A DNA stretch of 59,558 bases, filler included. It is 7 parts of 7 records of this genome, joined end to end, with 100 filler letters (N's around TTAATTAATTAA, not from the genome) between each part and the next. Parts side by side here need not be neighbours in the genome. Positions count along the whole stretch, not along the records: positions 47,313 to 54,050 come from SRR31147125_12765; positions 54,151 to 59,558 come from SRR31147125_12821; 5 more parts are not named here. The stretch is one strand, 5' to 3'. The notes under the pieces are model-generated. The model was not told the origin of the DNA. It saw nothing but the letters and a program-made list of their open reading frames with translations, and made no database searches. The position numbers were made by a program, and so were the translations under genes. The first letter of the stretch is position 1; every line of letters begins with the position of its first letter. Below are positions 48,482 to 58,340 of this stretch, in pieces.

Positions 48482-49267
48482 GTGAAAAGAAGAATGAACA
48501 ACATCTTAAGGGATGACGGAAAAGCATTTTTAGTTGCTATGGACCACGGTACTGGGGTACATGTGCTTCCAGAACTTAATGATCCAGGTGACGTGGTAAA
48601 ACAATGTCGCGAAGGCGGAGCTGATGGGTTTTTAATGCCAATCGGTATGGCTACTCGTTTTAACGAAGAAGTCGGTAATTGCACTTTGCTAATAAGAATG
48701 GATGGTGGAACTTCGGACTTAAATGTTAACGGAGCGCCGTTTGAACTTCTTGTAAGTGTTGAAGATGCAATTAGAGCTGGAGCAGACGGTGTGGTATGTA
48801 TGGGTTTCCCCGGCTCATCATCTGAAGAAGCGTATTACAGAATTATTTCAGAACTTGTTAGTGACGGTTTAAAATGGAACATGCCTGTTGGCGTAGAAAC
48901 TTTGCCACGTGGCTTTGAATTTGACAAGTTTGATGATTGCCGTACACCGCACAACTTAACTTTAGCGGCTCGTATTGGATGCGAAATGGGTGCTGATTTT
49001 ATTAAAACACCATATACGGGTGACAAAGAGTCATTTAAAGGTTTGATAGATGGTTGTTACCGCCCAGTGTTAATTTTAGGCGGAGGCAAGCGTGACGTAG
49101 AAGGATTACTTCAGGAAGTTAGAGATGCCATGGATTGTGGCGCAGTTGGAGCAATTATGGGAAGAAATATTTATCGCCATGAAAGCCCAACAAAAATATG
49201 TAAAGCTGTTTCATCAATTATTCATCAAGATGTTAGTGTTGAAGAAGCTATGGAATTTTTGAAATAG
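48482..49267 (+). CDS. Class I aldolase (DhnA/LsrF-like)
   Basis: VAMDHG, RIGCEMGADFIKTPY (Schiff-base Lys), VLILGG, MGRNIY. Confidence 0.9.
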   Translation: MKRRMNNILRDDGKAFLVAMDHGTGVHVLPELNDPGDVVKQCREGGADGFLMPIGMATRFNEEVGNCTLLIRMDGGTSDLNVNGAPFELLVSVEDAIRAGADGVVCMGFPGSSSEEAYYRIISELVSDGLKWNMPVGVETLPRGFEFDKFDDCRTPHNLTLAARIGCEMGADFIKTPYTGDKESFKGLIDGCYRPVLILGGGKRDVEGLLQEVRDAMDCGAVGAIMGRNIYRHESPTKICKAVSSIIHQDVSVEEAMEFLK

Positions 49268-49276
49268 GTAAAAGAA

Positions 49277-49302
49277 CGGGGCGCTGATATATCGGCGTCC
49301 CG
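49277..49302 (+). other. Intergenic GC-rich hairpin
   Basis: CGGGGCGCTGA-TATA-TCGGCGTCCCG between the aldolase and ADH genes. Confidence 0.5.
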
Positions 49303-49332
49303 AAAAAATTTTAATAGAAAGAGGCTGTAGAC

Positions 49333-50472
49333 GTGAATTACTCAAGCTTTTGTACAACCCAGTACACACTAGGCAATGGAAGTATTGAAAAAATTGGAGA
49401 ATATACGGATGGAAAGGTTGCTTTAGTTGTTGATAAACAAGTTCTTGGTGCACTTGATTTAGAAAACCGACTTTATAATGAGATATTAAAGGATACACAA
49501 TATGAAGTAATATGTGATATTGGTAAAGAACCAACAATAGCGATTCTTGAAGAGCCGATTAAAAAGATGCAGGCATTTGCACCTAAATATATTGTAGCAA
49601 TTGGTGGCGGTTCTGTTATGGATGCTGCAAAAGCGCTTTGGTTGTTTTATGAGCTTCCACATTATGATTGGGAAAGAGCGTTTGAAGCTTTTGCTGTTGA
49701 GAAGTTTCCAAATAAAGCGACACTAACCGTTATTCCGACGACGAGCGGTACAGGGTCGGAGACGACAGGATGCTCTGTTGTTAAGGATAATGAAAACAAG
49801 AAAAAAATGATTCTAAGTAATGAAATTTTGCCGGATAATGCAATAATGGATTTTGATTTACTTAAAAGCCTTCCACCTAAGAATATTGCTTTTTCGGGTA
49901 CGGATGCTTTGGCACATGCATTAGAAGCTGCAACTTCTACGCTTGCTTCTACATTTGTAAAGATGGTTTGTTGTGAGGCAGTGGTAACACTGATTAAACA
50001 ATTACCGCTTTCGATTTCAGGAGACGAGTCTGCTAGAGAAAAAGTACATATTGCAGCAACAATGGCGGGGTCTGGTATTAATAATGCTATCACAGGAATG
50101 GCGCATGGAATGGATTTTGCAGGAGGAGATTTTAACCTTCCTCACGGTTTGGTTACAGGTATGCTGTTGCCTTATACGATGCAATTCTTGATGCCACATC
50201 CTTTCTATATAGAGGTTGCGGATCAGATGGGTATATCTGGAAGTTCGCACGAAAAACAGGAAAAATTGATTGAAAAGATTTTTGAGTTATATAAGCAAAT
50301 ACAAATGCCATTGACATTTGCCGAGGTTGGTGTGAATGAATCGGACTATTTGAAAAATATACCTTTGTACATTGAACGTGCAAAAGTTGATGCAAATATA
50401 CTATGTGCGGCTAAACAGCCAACAGATGAAGAGTTGGAAAAGCTGTTCAAACAGTTCTACTACGGAATTTAA
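49333..50472 (+). CDS. Iron-containing alcohol dehydrogenase
   Basis: AIGGGSVMDAAK, PTTSGTGSE, DALAHALE, HGM...PHG. Confidence 0.93.
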   Translation: MNYSSFCTTQYTLGNGSIEKIGEYTDGKVALVVDKQVLGALDLENRLYNEILKDTQYEVICDIGKEPTIAILEEPIKKMQAFAPKYIVAIGGGSVMDAAKALWLFYELPHYDWERAFEAFAVEKFPNKATLTVIPTTSGTGSETTGCSVVKDNENKKKMILSNEILPDNAIMDFDLLKSLPPKNIAFSGTDALAHALEAATSTLASTFVKMVCCEAVVTLIKQLPLSISGDESAREKVHIAATMAGSGINNAITGMAHGMDFAGGDFNLPHGLVTGMLLPYTMQFLMPHPFYIEVADQMGISGSSHEKQEKLIEKIFELYKQIQMPLTFAEVGVNESDYLKNIPLYIERAKVDANILCAAKQPTDEELEKLFKQFYYGI

Positions 50473-50494
50473 TTTTACATAAGGGAGTGTTATA

Positions 50495-51547
50495 ATGAGT
50501 GAAAAGATGAAAGTCATTGCAATTGTGGATGAACGCAAGACAGAGATTAAAGAAGTGAAGAAACCAGAGCCAAAGGCTGACCAGGTTTTGATGCATATTA
50601 CTGCTTGTGCACTATGCACATGGGAACAAAGGACATATACAAGATTATCAAAAATGCCATTGCCGTTTGTTGGAGGTCATGAGATAGCAGGTGAAATCGT
50701 TGCAGTTGGCGAAAATGTTGACCCAGAAGAATACGCTATTGGTAAAAAAGTGACAGCGCGTTTGATAAATGTTTGTGGTAAATGCTATTTTTGTCGTAAC
50801 AATAGAGAAAATATGTGTGCTGAGATGAATAATCTTGACAGCTCAGACATGGAAATACCTGGAACAGGTGGCTTGGGAGAGTATTTGAATGTTCGAACAT
50901 CTCAAATCTATATGTTACCAGATGATATTGCATATGAAAGTGCAGTTTTTGCTGAGCCTTTGGCTTGTGTTGTAAACAGCATAGAGCAAGGTGCGATTGA
51001 GTTTGGGGATGATGTTGTTGTTATTGGTGCAGGGATTATGGGGATGTTACACGTAATTTGTGCTAAACTTAAAGGGGCACGCGTAATTGTAAGTGAACCA
51101 GATGAAGCTCGTAGGAAGCTTGCTGAGGAATTGGGAGCAGACATTACGCTTAACCCGCTTGAGGTTGATCCTGTTGAGTATGTGAAAAACTTATCCGAAG
51201 GCAGAGGAGCAGAGGTCGTATTTAATACAACACCTATTGCTGTTGTAGCAGAACAGGCGGTTGCAATGACAGGATATCTCGGTCGCTGTGTAATGTATAG
51301 TTCTATGCACCCTGATAAACCTATCGGAATTAGCCCAAATTGGCTACATAAATCTGAAGCAATTGTTACAGGAGCAGTTAGTCCAAGCGTTAGATCATTT
51401 TTTAGAGCAGTTAAGCTAATAGAAAAAGGACTTATCGACACAGAGAAATTGGTTTCAGGTGTGTTTGGGTATGATCAGGCTAACGAAGCATTTGAAGAGG
51501 CTGTAAAACCAGACACATATCGCGTTATTATACGATCAGATATCTAA
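50495..51547 (+). CDS. Zn-dependent sugar/polyol dehydrogenase (MDR family)
   Basis: CALC, GHE, CGKCYFC...C, EPLAC, GAGIMG. Confidence 0.93.
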   Translation: MSEKMKVIAIVDERKTEIKEVKKPEPKADQVLMHITACALCTWEQRTYTRLSKMPLPFVGGHEIAGEIVAVGENVDPEEYAIGKKVTARLINVCGKCYFCRNNRENMCAEMNNLDSSDMEIPGTGGLGEYLNVRTSQIYMLPDDIAYESAVFAEPLACVVNSIEQGAIEFGDDVVVIGAGIMGMLHVICAKLKGARVIVSEPDEARRKLAEELGADITLNPLEVDPVEYVKNLSEGRGAEVVFNTTPIAVVAEQAVAMTGYLGRCVMYSSMHPDKPIGISPNWLHKSEAIVTGAVSPSVRSFFRAVKLIEKGLIDTEKLVSGVFGYDQANEAFEEAVKPDTYRVIIRSDI

Positions 51548-51613
51548 CAGAACGATAGTATGGTGCGGTGAAAAAATATTATATGATGGATATTAGACAT
51601 TGGGAGGTCTAAG

Positions 51614-51883
51614 ATGACAAGTAAACTAGTTGTTGTTAAAAATAAAACAGGATTGCATGCCCGCCCTGCAAGCATGTTTGTTAAAGAAGCAGCGCAGTAT
51701 AAGTCTACAATTATGATTTTGCATAAAGAAAAAGAATATAATGCAAAATCAATACTAGGCATTTTGGCTGCTTGTATTACAAACGGTACCGAAATTAAAA
51801 TTACGGCAAATGGCGTAGATGAAGCAGAGGCAGTTGATGGACTTGTAGCGGCTATTGAAGCAGGTCTTGGCGAAGGGGAATAG
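51614..51883 (+). CDS. ptsH: Phosphocarrier protein HPr
   Basis: GLHARPA (His15) and NAKSILG (Ser46). Confidence 0.95.
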   Translation: MTSKLVVVKNKTGLHARPASMFVKEAAQYKSTIMILHKEKEYNAKSILGILAACITNGTEIKITANGVDEAEAVDGLVAAIEAGLGEGE

Positions 51884-51887
51884 CTCT

Positions 51888-53600
51888 ATGATATCAGGAA
51901 TAGGAGTTTCTCAGGGGATAGCGATTGCAAAAGCAACTCTTTTCTATAAAAAGAAGAATGAAGGATATGAATGCATTGCACAAAACGTAGAGCATGAACT
52001 AGATATCCTTAAAAAGGCTCATCAGTCTGTAATTGATGAAACACAGACTCTATATGATAAGACCCTTGAGAAAATGGGAGAGGAACAGGCAAATATTTTT
52101 GTTGCGCACCGTATGATACTTGAGGATCCCGAATTAATGGATGGCATTGTACAAGCTATTGAACGCGAATTGTGCACTGCGGCTTACGCTATAGACACGT
52201 GCATGAGTAACCATATTATGGTGTTTGAGGCTATGGAAGATGAGTATATGCGTGATCGCGCTGCTGATATGCGAGATATTAAACAGCGTTTTTTGAATCG
52301 CGTACTAAATAAAAAAAGCAATGACTTGAGCAATTTGAAGGAAAGAACAATCATAGTTGCTGAGGATCTTACGCCATCTGACACTGCAACTATGGACATT
52401 AAAAACGTAGCAGGAATTGTAATTCAAGAAGGTGGAAAAACATCTCACACTGCGATTATGGCCAGATCTCTTGATATACCCGCAGTTGTTGGTGTCGGCA
52501 AAGCGATAAAAGATATTAAAGACGGTGATTTGGTTGTTGTTGACGCTGAAAAAGGCGAAGTATGTTTTAATCCTGATTCTTCCTGTATAGATTCTTATAA
52601 AATAAAACAAGCGGAACAAATTCGATCTAAAGAACATCTTATGGCATATAAGGGAAAAGAAACCATTACTACGGATGGCAGAAAAATTGAATTGTTTTCT
52701 AATATTGGAATGCCTAAAGAGGTGGAAGCTGCAATTGAAAAAGATGCTGAAGGAGTTGGGTTATTTAGATCTGAGTTCTTATTTATGGAAAGAGATACGC
52801 TTCCATCTGAGCAAGAGCAGTTTGAAGCCTATAAAAAAGTGATAGAGAGAATGGATGGAAGGCAGGTAATAGTTAGAACTTTGGATATTGGGGGCGATAA
52901 AAAGCTACCAGCACTGGACTTGCCAGAAGAAGAAAATCCATTTTTAGGCTACCGTGCTATTAGATTATGCTTGGGTCAAAAGGACTTGTTTGAAACACAA
53001 CTTAGGGCGTTGCTAAGAGCAAGCAAGTATGGTAATTTGAGTATAATGTATCCTATGATTTCATGTGTTCAAGAGATACGTCAAGCAAAAATGGTGCTTG
53101 AGAAAGTTAAAAGAGAATTAGTTGAAGAGAAGGTTGAATTTGCTCAGGATGTTCCGATTGGTATAATGATTGAGATCCCAGCTGCAGCTATGATTGCTGA
53201 TGACCTTGCTAAGGAAGTCGATTTCTTCTCTATTGGAACAAATGACTTGATACAATATTCAACAGCCGCAGACCGAGGCAACCAGAGTATTGCGCATTTA
53301 TATACACAATATCATCCAGGTGTGCTACGACTGATTGAAAACACAATACGTTCGGCACATGCAAACGGAATAAAGTGTGGAATGTGTGGAGAAGCGGCGT
53401 GTGATTCGAAGTTGGCGCCTGTTTGGATTGGTATGGGGCTAGATGAGTTTTCTGTAAACTCAGGCTGTATTTTAGAAATACGAAAGGCAATAAATGAACT
53501 TTCGTACGATGCATGTAAGCAAATTGCTGATGAAGTTATAAAGCTTTCTACCAGTGAAGATATAGAAAATTATCTGGATGAAATACCACATTGTAACTAA
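51888..53600 (+). CDS. ptsI: PTS enzyme I
   Basis: GGKTSHTAIMARS (phospho-His), GVGLFRSEF, RTLDIGGDK, SIGTNDLIQY, GMCGE. Confidence 0.97.
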   Translation: MISGIGVSQGIAIAKATLFYKKKNEGYECIAQNVEHELDILKKAHQSVIDETQTLYDKTLEKMGEEQANIFVAHRMILEDPELMDGIVQAIERELCTAAYAIDTCMSNHIMVFEAMEDEYMRDRAADMRDIKQRFLNRVLNKKSNDLSNLKERTIIVAEDLTPSDTATMDIKNVAGIVIQEGGKTSHTAIMARSLDIPAVVGVGKAIKDIKDGDLVVVDAEKGEVCFNPDSSCIDSYKIKQAEQIRSKEHLMAYKGKETITTDGRKIELFSNIGMPKEVEAAIEKDAEGVGLFRSEFLFMERDTLPSEQEQFEAYKKVIERMDGRQVIVRTLDIGGDKKLPALDLPEEENPFLGYRAIRLCLGQKDLFETQLRALLRASKYGNLSIMYPMISCVQEIRQAKMVLEKVKRELVEEKVEFAQDVPIGIMIEIPAAAMIADDLAKEVDFFSIGTNDLIQYSTAADRGNQSIAHLYTQYHPGVLRLIENTIRSAHANGIKCGMCGEAACDSKLAPVWIGMGLDEFSVNSGCILEIRKAINELSYDACKQIADEVIKLSTSEDIENYLDEIPHCN

Positions 53601-53678
53601 TAGATGCATAGGATGCTTTTTCATCCTTAAGAGTATACTAGTAAATAATCTTATTTAAACCAAATGATAAAAGTTAAA

Positions 53679-53712
53679 GGCAGTGATCCTATAGTAAGGA
53701 TTGCTGCTTTTT
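53679..53712 (+). terminator. Rho-independent terminator
   Basis: GGCAGTGATCCT / AGGATTGCTGC hairpin followed by TTTTTT. Confidence 0.75.
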
Positions 53713-53770
53713 TAAATACATAATACAATACAAATTGAATACAGGAAAAAAACTCAATTTAAATTATTTC

Positions 53771-53803
53771 TTTAAGTTTGATTTAAGTTAGGCAAGATAA
53801 TAT
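53771..53803 (+). promoter_or_regulatory. OmpR-family direct-repeat promoter
   Basis: TTTAAG-N5-TTTAAG, then 10 nt, then TAATAT (-10). Confidence 0.55.
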
Positions 53804-53834
53804 GAACTCAACAAACAGAAAGGAAGTGGAAAAA

Positions 53835-54050
53835 ATGAATAAAAAAAATAAAGTGATGATGTTAGTACTAGCGGCTGTAATGGTTTTTAATATATTCGTA
53901 TTTGCAGCATGTGATACTACGGAGGATTTAACTGAAGCAGTAACTGAAACTGAATTAACTGAAGAAACAACGCAGGATGCTGAGGATGTGTCAAACGAGA
54001 CATCGGAAGAAGGTATGGAACCACCAGATGGTGAACCACCAGAAGGTATG
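53835..54050 (+). CDS. Lipoprotein (3' truncated)
   Basis: MNKKNK, hydrophobic core, lipobox FAAC, acidic Glu/Thr linker, GMEPPDGEPPEGM. Confidence 0.75.
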
Positions 54051-54150
54051 NNNNNNNNNNNNNNNNNNNNNNNNNNNNNNNNNNNNNNNNNNNNTTAATT
54101 AATTAANNNNNNNNNNNNNNNNNNNNNNNNNNNNNNNNNNNNNNNNNNNN
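54051..54150. other. Artificial contig spacer
   Basis: N44-TTAATTAATTAA-N44. Confidence 0.98.
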
Positions 54151-54151
54151 A

Positions 54152-55192
54152 AAAAATATCTCACCAGAAGTATTAGAGAGAACAGAGGAGATACTAAAAA
54201 GAGTTCATGAAAATGAAATAAAAGTACTATTAATAGAGGGAAATCACGATAACATAGTTCGTGGTAGTGAGTCTGGTTCTTGGATAGTTTACCTAGAGAA
54301 TAAAGACTTGCTTAAGAGACTTAGTTATACAGTGGAAAAGGTCGAGGATGAAAAGATTTACCACTTTGATAAGCTTAATTATGAAGAGATAAATTTCTAC
54401 GGACTGGGTTACCCAGGGATATTAGTAGATGAGATTATGGATGTCTTATACGAACACCTTGATTCCAATGAAAAAAATGTAGTCATGGTTCATACTGCCA
54501 TCTCTGATAATGATTTTTTACCAGGAACAGTAAAAAGAGATACTGTTAATAAGTTTAAAGATAGAGCTCTCTATATAGCTGGAGGTCATTTCCATAGTTA
54601 TACAGCTTACCCAAAAGAGAAGCCTTATTTCTTTATCCCTGGTTCGAGTGAGTATTGGAATATATTGAATGAGAAGAAGCAAAATAAAGGTTATATAATA
54701 TTTGATACTGAAACAGAGGAGCACCAATTTTATAGTGTGAAAACCAGAAAGCAAATATTTGTTCAATATGAGATAGAAGCACTTGATAAAGAGGAATTTA
54801 ATATTGAACTTGCTGACAAAATAAATGATTTAGATATAAATGAAAATGAAGATATAGTAATTATTGAGTTGAAGCCAAAAAATAATTTTTATATTAATAT
54901 AGAGGAGTGCGAAAAGATACTTTTGGAGAAAGGTGCACTTAAGGCATATGTAAATGTAAAGTATCCGCTACTAGATGATATTGATGTAGACAGTGACCTG
55001 TTATCAATAGAGACTGTTGAAAAAAACATAATTGCAAAAGATTGGGCAGAATTTTCCGGTCAAGCTGAAAAGACTGCTGAGTTATTAAGGAAGCTAAAAG
55101 AGTATCAAAGAGATGGTGAGAAGGATTTATTCTATGATACATTTGATTCGATGATAGAAAATGTAATGGGGGAAGACAGTGAAGATAAATAG
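54152..55192 (+). CDS. sbcD: SbcD/Mre11 nuclease (5' truncated)
   Basis: Frame open from the contig edge with IEGNHD, then VHT, YIAGGHFH and PGSSE; overlaps sbcC. Confidence 0.9.
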   Translation, partial: KNISPEVLERTEEILKRVHENEIKVLLIEGNHDNIVRGSESGSWIVYLENKDLLKRLSYTVEKVEDEKIYHFDKLNYEEINFYGLGYPGILVDEIMDVLYEHLDSNEKNVVMVHTAISDNDFLPGTVKRDTVNKFKDRALYIAGGHFHSYTAYPKEKPYFFIPGSSEYWNILNEKKQNKGYIIFDTETEEHQFYSVKTRKQIFVQYEIEALDKEEFNIELADKINDLDINENEDIVIIELKPKNNFYINIEECEKILLEKGALKAYVNVKYPLLDDIDVDSDLLSIETVEKNIIAKDWAEFSGQAEKTAELLRKLKEYQRDGEKDLFYDTFDSMIENVMGEDSEDK

Positions 55193-58034
55193 AGTAGAGC
55201 TTAAAAATTATAGAACCCATAGCGAGCTTGAGGTTGAGTTTACGGAAGGTATAAACCTATTACTTGGGAGTAACGGTTCTGGAAAAACATCTGTACTCGA
55301 GGCCATAGGGATAGCTATGTTTGACACAGGTAATAGAAGTACAGTAAAGGAAACTATCAAAACTGGCGAAAAAAGTGCAACTATCAATATAGATTTTACT
55401 GGAAATGATGGAATAGAGTATATAGTTGAGCGGAAAATTGGAAGTGTCACAAGGCATAGAATATATGAGAAAAATAACCCTGAGAAGGAGTTAAGCGGTA
55501 AATCAGAAGTAATAGATAAAGTAACTGAACTATGTGGAATAAAAAAGAACTCATCTAAAATATATGAGAGTGTAGTAACTGTTAGACAAAATGAGATTGT
55601 GAACTTGTTTATGGGTACGAATAGTGAGAGAGAAGCTGTGTTTAATGAAATATTCGACACTGAAATCTATAGAGAGATATACAAAAGTTATTCAAAAGAG
55701 GCTCTTGATAAGTATAAACAAGATATAGAGATAACAAATGCAAAAATAAATGAGATAATTGGGATGCTTGTTGATGTTGATGAATTAAAAGCTGAATTAG
55801 CGGAAAATGTGGCTTTAAAAAATAGTAAAGAAGAGATTAAAACTGCAATTGATGGAGAAATAAAGAGTTTGGAGAAAGAGAAAATCAAATTAGATGGTTT
55901 TAGAGAACTAATTAACTCGTCAAGTGCAAAACTTGAATCAAATAATGAGTTTATGAAATCCTTAAAAACTCAACTTGAAAAAAACAAAGTTAATTTCATA
56001 AAAGCTGAAGAGGCGAAAGAGATAGTTATAGAAAAACGAGATAATTATCTAGACTATAAAGAGAGTATGAAAAAATTAAGAGTTTTACAAGATGAAATCA
56101 GAGAGCTAGAAAAACTGAAAACTCAAAAAGATATGTTAAAGACAGATTCAGTTAATATTGAGAAAAAGATTCTTTCAATGCAAAGTGAAGTTGAGAAAAA
56201 CTTTGAGCAAATAAAATTTACTAATAATAATTTACTTGAATTAGGTGAAGAAAAAGATAAAAAAACTATAAGATTTCAAGAGCTTAAGTCAAATGAAATT
56301 GAAATTAAAGAGGAACTAAACAGAGTAACTGAAGTTTTGGAATTGCTTGAAATAGAGTTAGAAAAAATAAATGAACTAGAAAAAGAACACCTAGTTAAAA
56401 AAGCTGAGGAAAGTAAACTTAAAGATTTTATCGAAAAATTTGACTATGATAATCATAATTATGCACATGAGGAGCTTAATAAAAATAAAGAGAAGAATCT
56501 GGAAAACAAAAATAAAAGAGAAGTTTTGGAGAAGAAACAACATGAACTCTCTCTCTTGTTAGATCAAAATAAGGAAGCAAGTGATATTCTTGGAGAGGGT
56601 ATTTGTCCTTATCTAAATGAAAAGTGTAAAAACATTTCAGAAGATAATGACATTAATATTTACTTCTCAAATAAAAGTAATGATTTACTAAAGAACTTAG
56701 ATGAAGTGAAAGAACAACTTAGTCACTATACTGATATTGAGAGTATAGAGAAAAAATTAAATATAGAACAAAATAAACTAGATTACGAAAAATCTAATTT
56801 AAAAAAGAAAAAAGAAGAATTTAAATATTTGCAAAAAGAGTTAGAGGCAATGTCTTTACGTGATTCGAATATGAGGCTTGAGTTAAGAAGTAAATTAAGT
56901 GCAGATGTTGTAAATATTCATAGTGAACTAGTTGAGAATTATAGATTCAATGAGTTAAAAGAAAAATTAGTTAGTGTGAAAGTTAGCCTAGAGACGAAAG
57001 TAAATAGTTTAAATATAGAGGAGCAAGAGCGAGAGTTACAGAAATTGAATATGACTATTAAACTAAAGAGGGAAGAGATAAAAAAAATAGAGAGTGGTAT
57101 TGAACATGAAAAAATAAATATTAGAAATTTTGAATTAGAGATACGTAATATCCATACCAAACTTGAAGAGTATGAAGAGAGATTAAAATCATATACAGCT
57201 AAAAAAGAGAATGAAAGATCTTTGTTAGAAAAAATAGAAAATCTGCAAGATGATTATGAACAATATAGGGCCTATATTGAGATAGCAAAAACTTACCATG
57301 ATCTGAAGGCTGAAGGCGAAGAATTAGAAAGCAGTATTTCAGCGAGAGCTACTGAGATGAAAGAATTAGAAGCCAAAATAACTGAGTATAAACAAAATTA
57401 TAATGAAGAGGACTTTTTAGCAGTAAAGGAAAAGTTAGCAGAGATAAAAATGGAAGTAGACTCAGTGCAGAAAGAGTTATTTGATATTGAGTACAAGATT
57501 AAAGATATAACTAAAGAGTTGCAGAGATATAAAGAGAATAAAGAGAAAATAAAGAGTTTTGAAAATGAAAACTCTAAGTTAAAGAAGAAAATAGACTTAA
57601 CTGAAAAATTTAGAGTTTATATTAATAAAATTGGAAAAAATATATCAAAACAGATGATAGAGAAAATTTCACTTATCTCCACTGAGAACTTTAGAGAAAT
57701 AACAGGTAGAAGTGAGATGTTAGAGTGGCGTACTACTGACAAAGAAGCCTATATGCTTTACCTAGTTAATGATAAGGATTCTAGAAAATTTACTCTTTTA
57801 TCAGGTGGAGAGCAGGTTGCAGTTGCACTTGCTGTTAGGGCAGCTATGGCCTCGGCACTTAGTAAAGCTAACTTTGCTATATTTGATGAACCGACTAATA
57901 ATCTTGATGAAGAGAGAAGAAAAGCACTAGCAGACTCACTTTCAAAAATACTTGAGGGGATTAAACAAAGTATTATTGTTACACATGACGATACCTTCCA
58001 AGAGATGGCTAGTAAAATAATTAGACTAGGATAA
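55179..58034 (+). CDS. sbcC: SbcC/Rad50 SMC-like ATPase
   Basis: GSNGSGKTS Walker A, long coiled coil with central CPYLNEKC, LSGGE signature, IFDEPT Walker B, VTHD. Confidence 0.92.
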   Translation: MKINRVELKNYRTHSELEVEFTEGINLLLGSNGSGKTSVLEAIGIAMFDTGNRSTVKETIKTGEKSATINIDFTGNDGIEYIVERKIGSVTRHRIYEKNNPEKELSGKSEVIDKVTELCGIKKNSSKIYESVVTVRQNEIVNLFMGTNSEREAVFNEIFDTEIYREIYKSYSKEALDKYKQDIEITNAKINEIIGMLVDVDELKAELAENVALKNSKEEIKTAIDGEIKSLEKEKIKLDGFRELINSSSAKLESNNEFMKSLKTQLEKNKVNFIKAEEAKEIVIEKRDNYLDYKESMKKLRVLQDEIRELEKLKTQKDMLKTDSVNIEKKILSMQSEVEKNFEQIKFTNNNLLELGEEKDKKTIRFQELKSNEIEIKEELNRVTEVLELLEIELEKINELEKEHLVKKAEESKLKDFIEKFDYDNHNYAHEELNKNKEKNLENKNKREVLEKKQHELSLLLDQNKEASDILGEGICPYLNEKCKNISEDNDINIYFSNKSNDLLKNLDEVKEQLSHYTDIESIEKKLNIEQNKLDYEKSNLKKKKEEFKYLQKELEAMSLRDSNMRLELRSKLSADVVNIHSELVENYRFNELKEKLVSVKVSLETKVNSLNIEEQERELQKLNMTIKLKREEIKKIESGIEHEKINIRNFELEIRNIHTKLEEYEERLKSYTAKKENERSLLEKIENLQDDYEQYRAYIEIAKTYHDLKAEGEELESSISARATEMKELEAKITEYKQNYNEEDFLAVKEKLAEIKMEVDSVQKELFDIEYKIKDITKELQRYKENKEKIKSFENENSKLKKKIDLTEKFRVYINKIGKNISKQMIEKISLISTENFREITGRSEMLEWRTTDKEAYMLYLVNDKDSRKFTLLSGGEQVAVALAVRAAMASALSKANFAIFDEPTNNLDEERRKALADSLSKILEGIKQSIIVTHDDTFQEMASKIIRLG

Positions 58035-58055
58035 CGTTAATACAGATCTAAATAT

Positions 58056-58100
58056 AAAGAATAAACTGTTAAACTTTAGTTTGCCAGTTTATTCTTTTTT
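58056..58100 (+). terminator. Rho-independent terminator
   Basis: AAAGAATAAACTG / CAGTTTATTCTTT inverted repeat with T-tract. Confidence 0.75.
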
Positions 58101-58237
58101 ATATTTATAAATACTTTTTGTTTTTTATAACCTTACATAAAATCTAATGAATTCGGTCGAAATTAAAAAAATAAAAACTAACAATATGACTCATTGATAA
58201 AATAATGTTAAAAAATGGTTAAAATTAATTAAAAAAG

Positions 58238-58266
58238 TTGACATAATAAACTAGTTTTCATATACT
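58238..58266 (+). promoter_or_regulatory. Sigma-70 promoter
   Basis: TTGACA-N17-TATACT with an A-rich UP element. Confidence 0.8.
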
Positions 58267-58340
58267 TTAGATAACCTAAGGTGTGTAAATTAAGTTTGAG
58301 GATGAGTTTTTTTTTTTTAAGTTTGGAAAAGGAGTTGGAA

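Noticed and set aside
54152..58034. SMC ATPase plus nuclease as an anti-phage system (Wadjet/Lamassu)
   Set aside because: Mre11-type phosphoesterase motifs, the sbcD-sbcC order and a downstream terminator fit housekeeping SbcCD.
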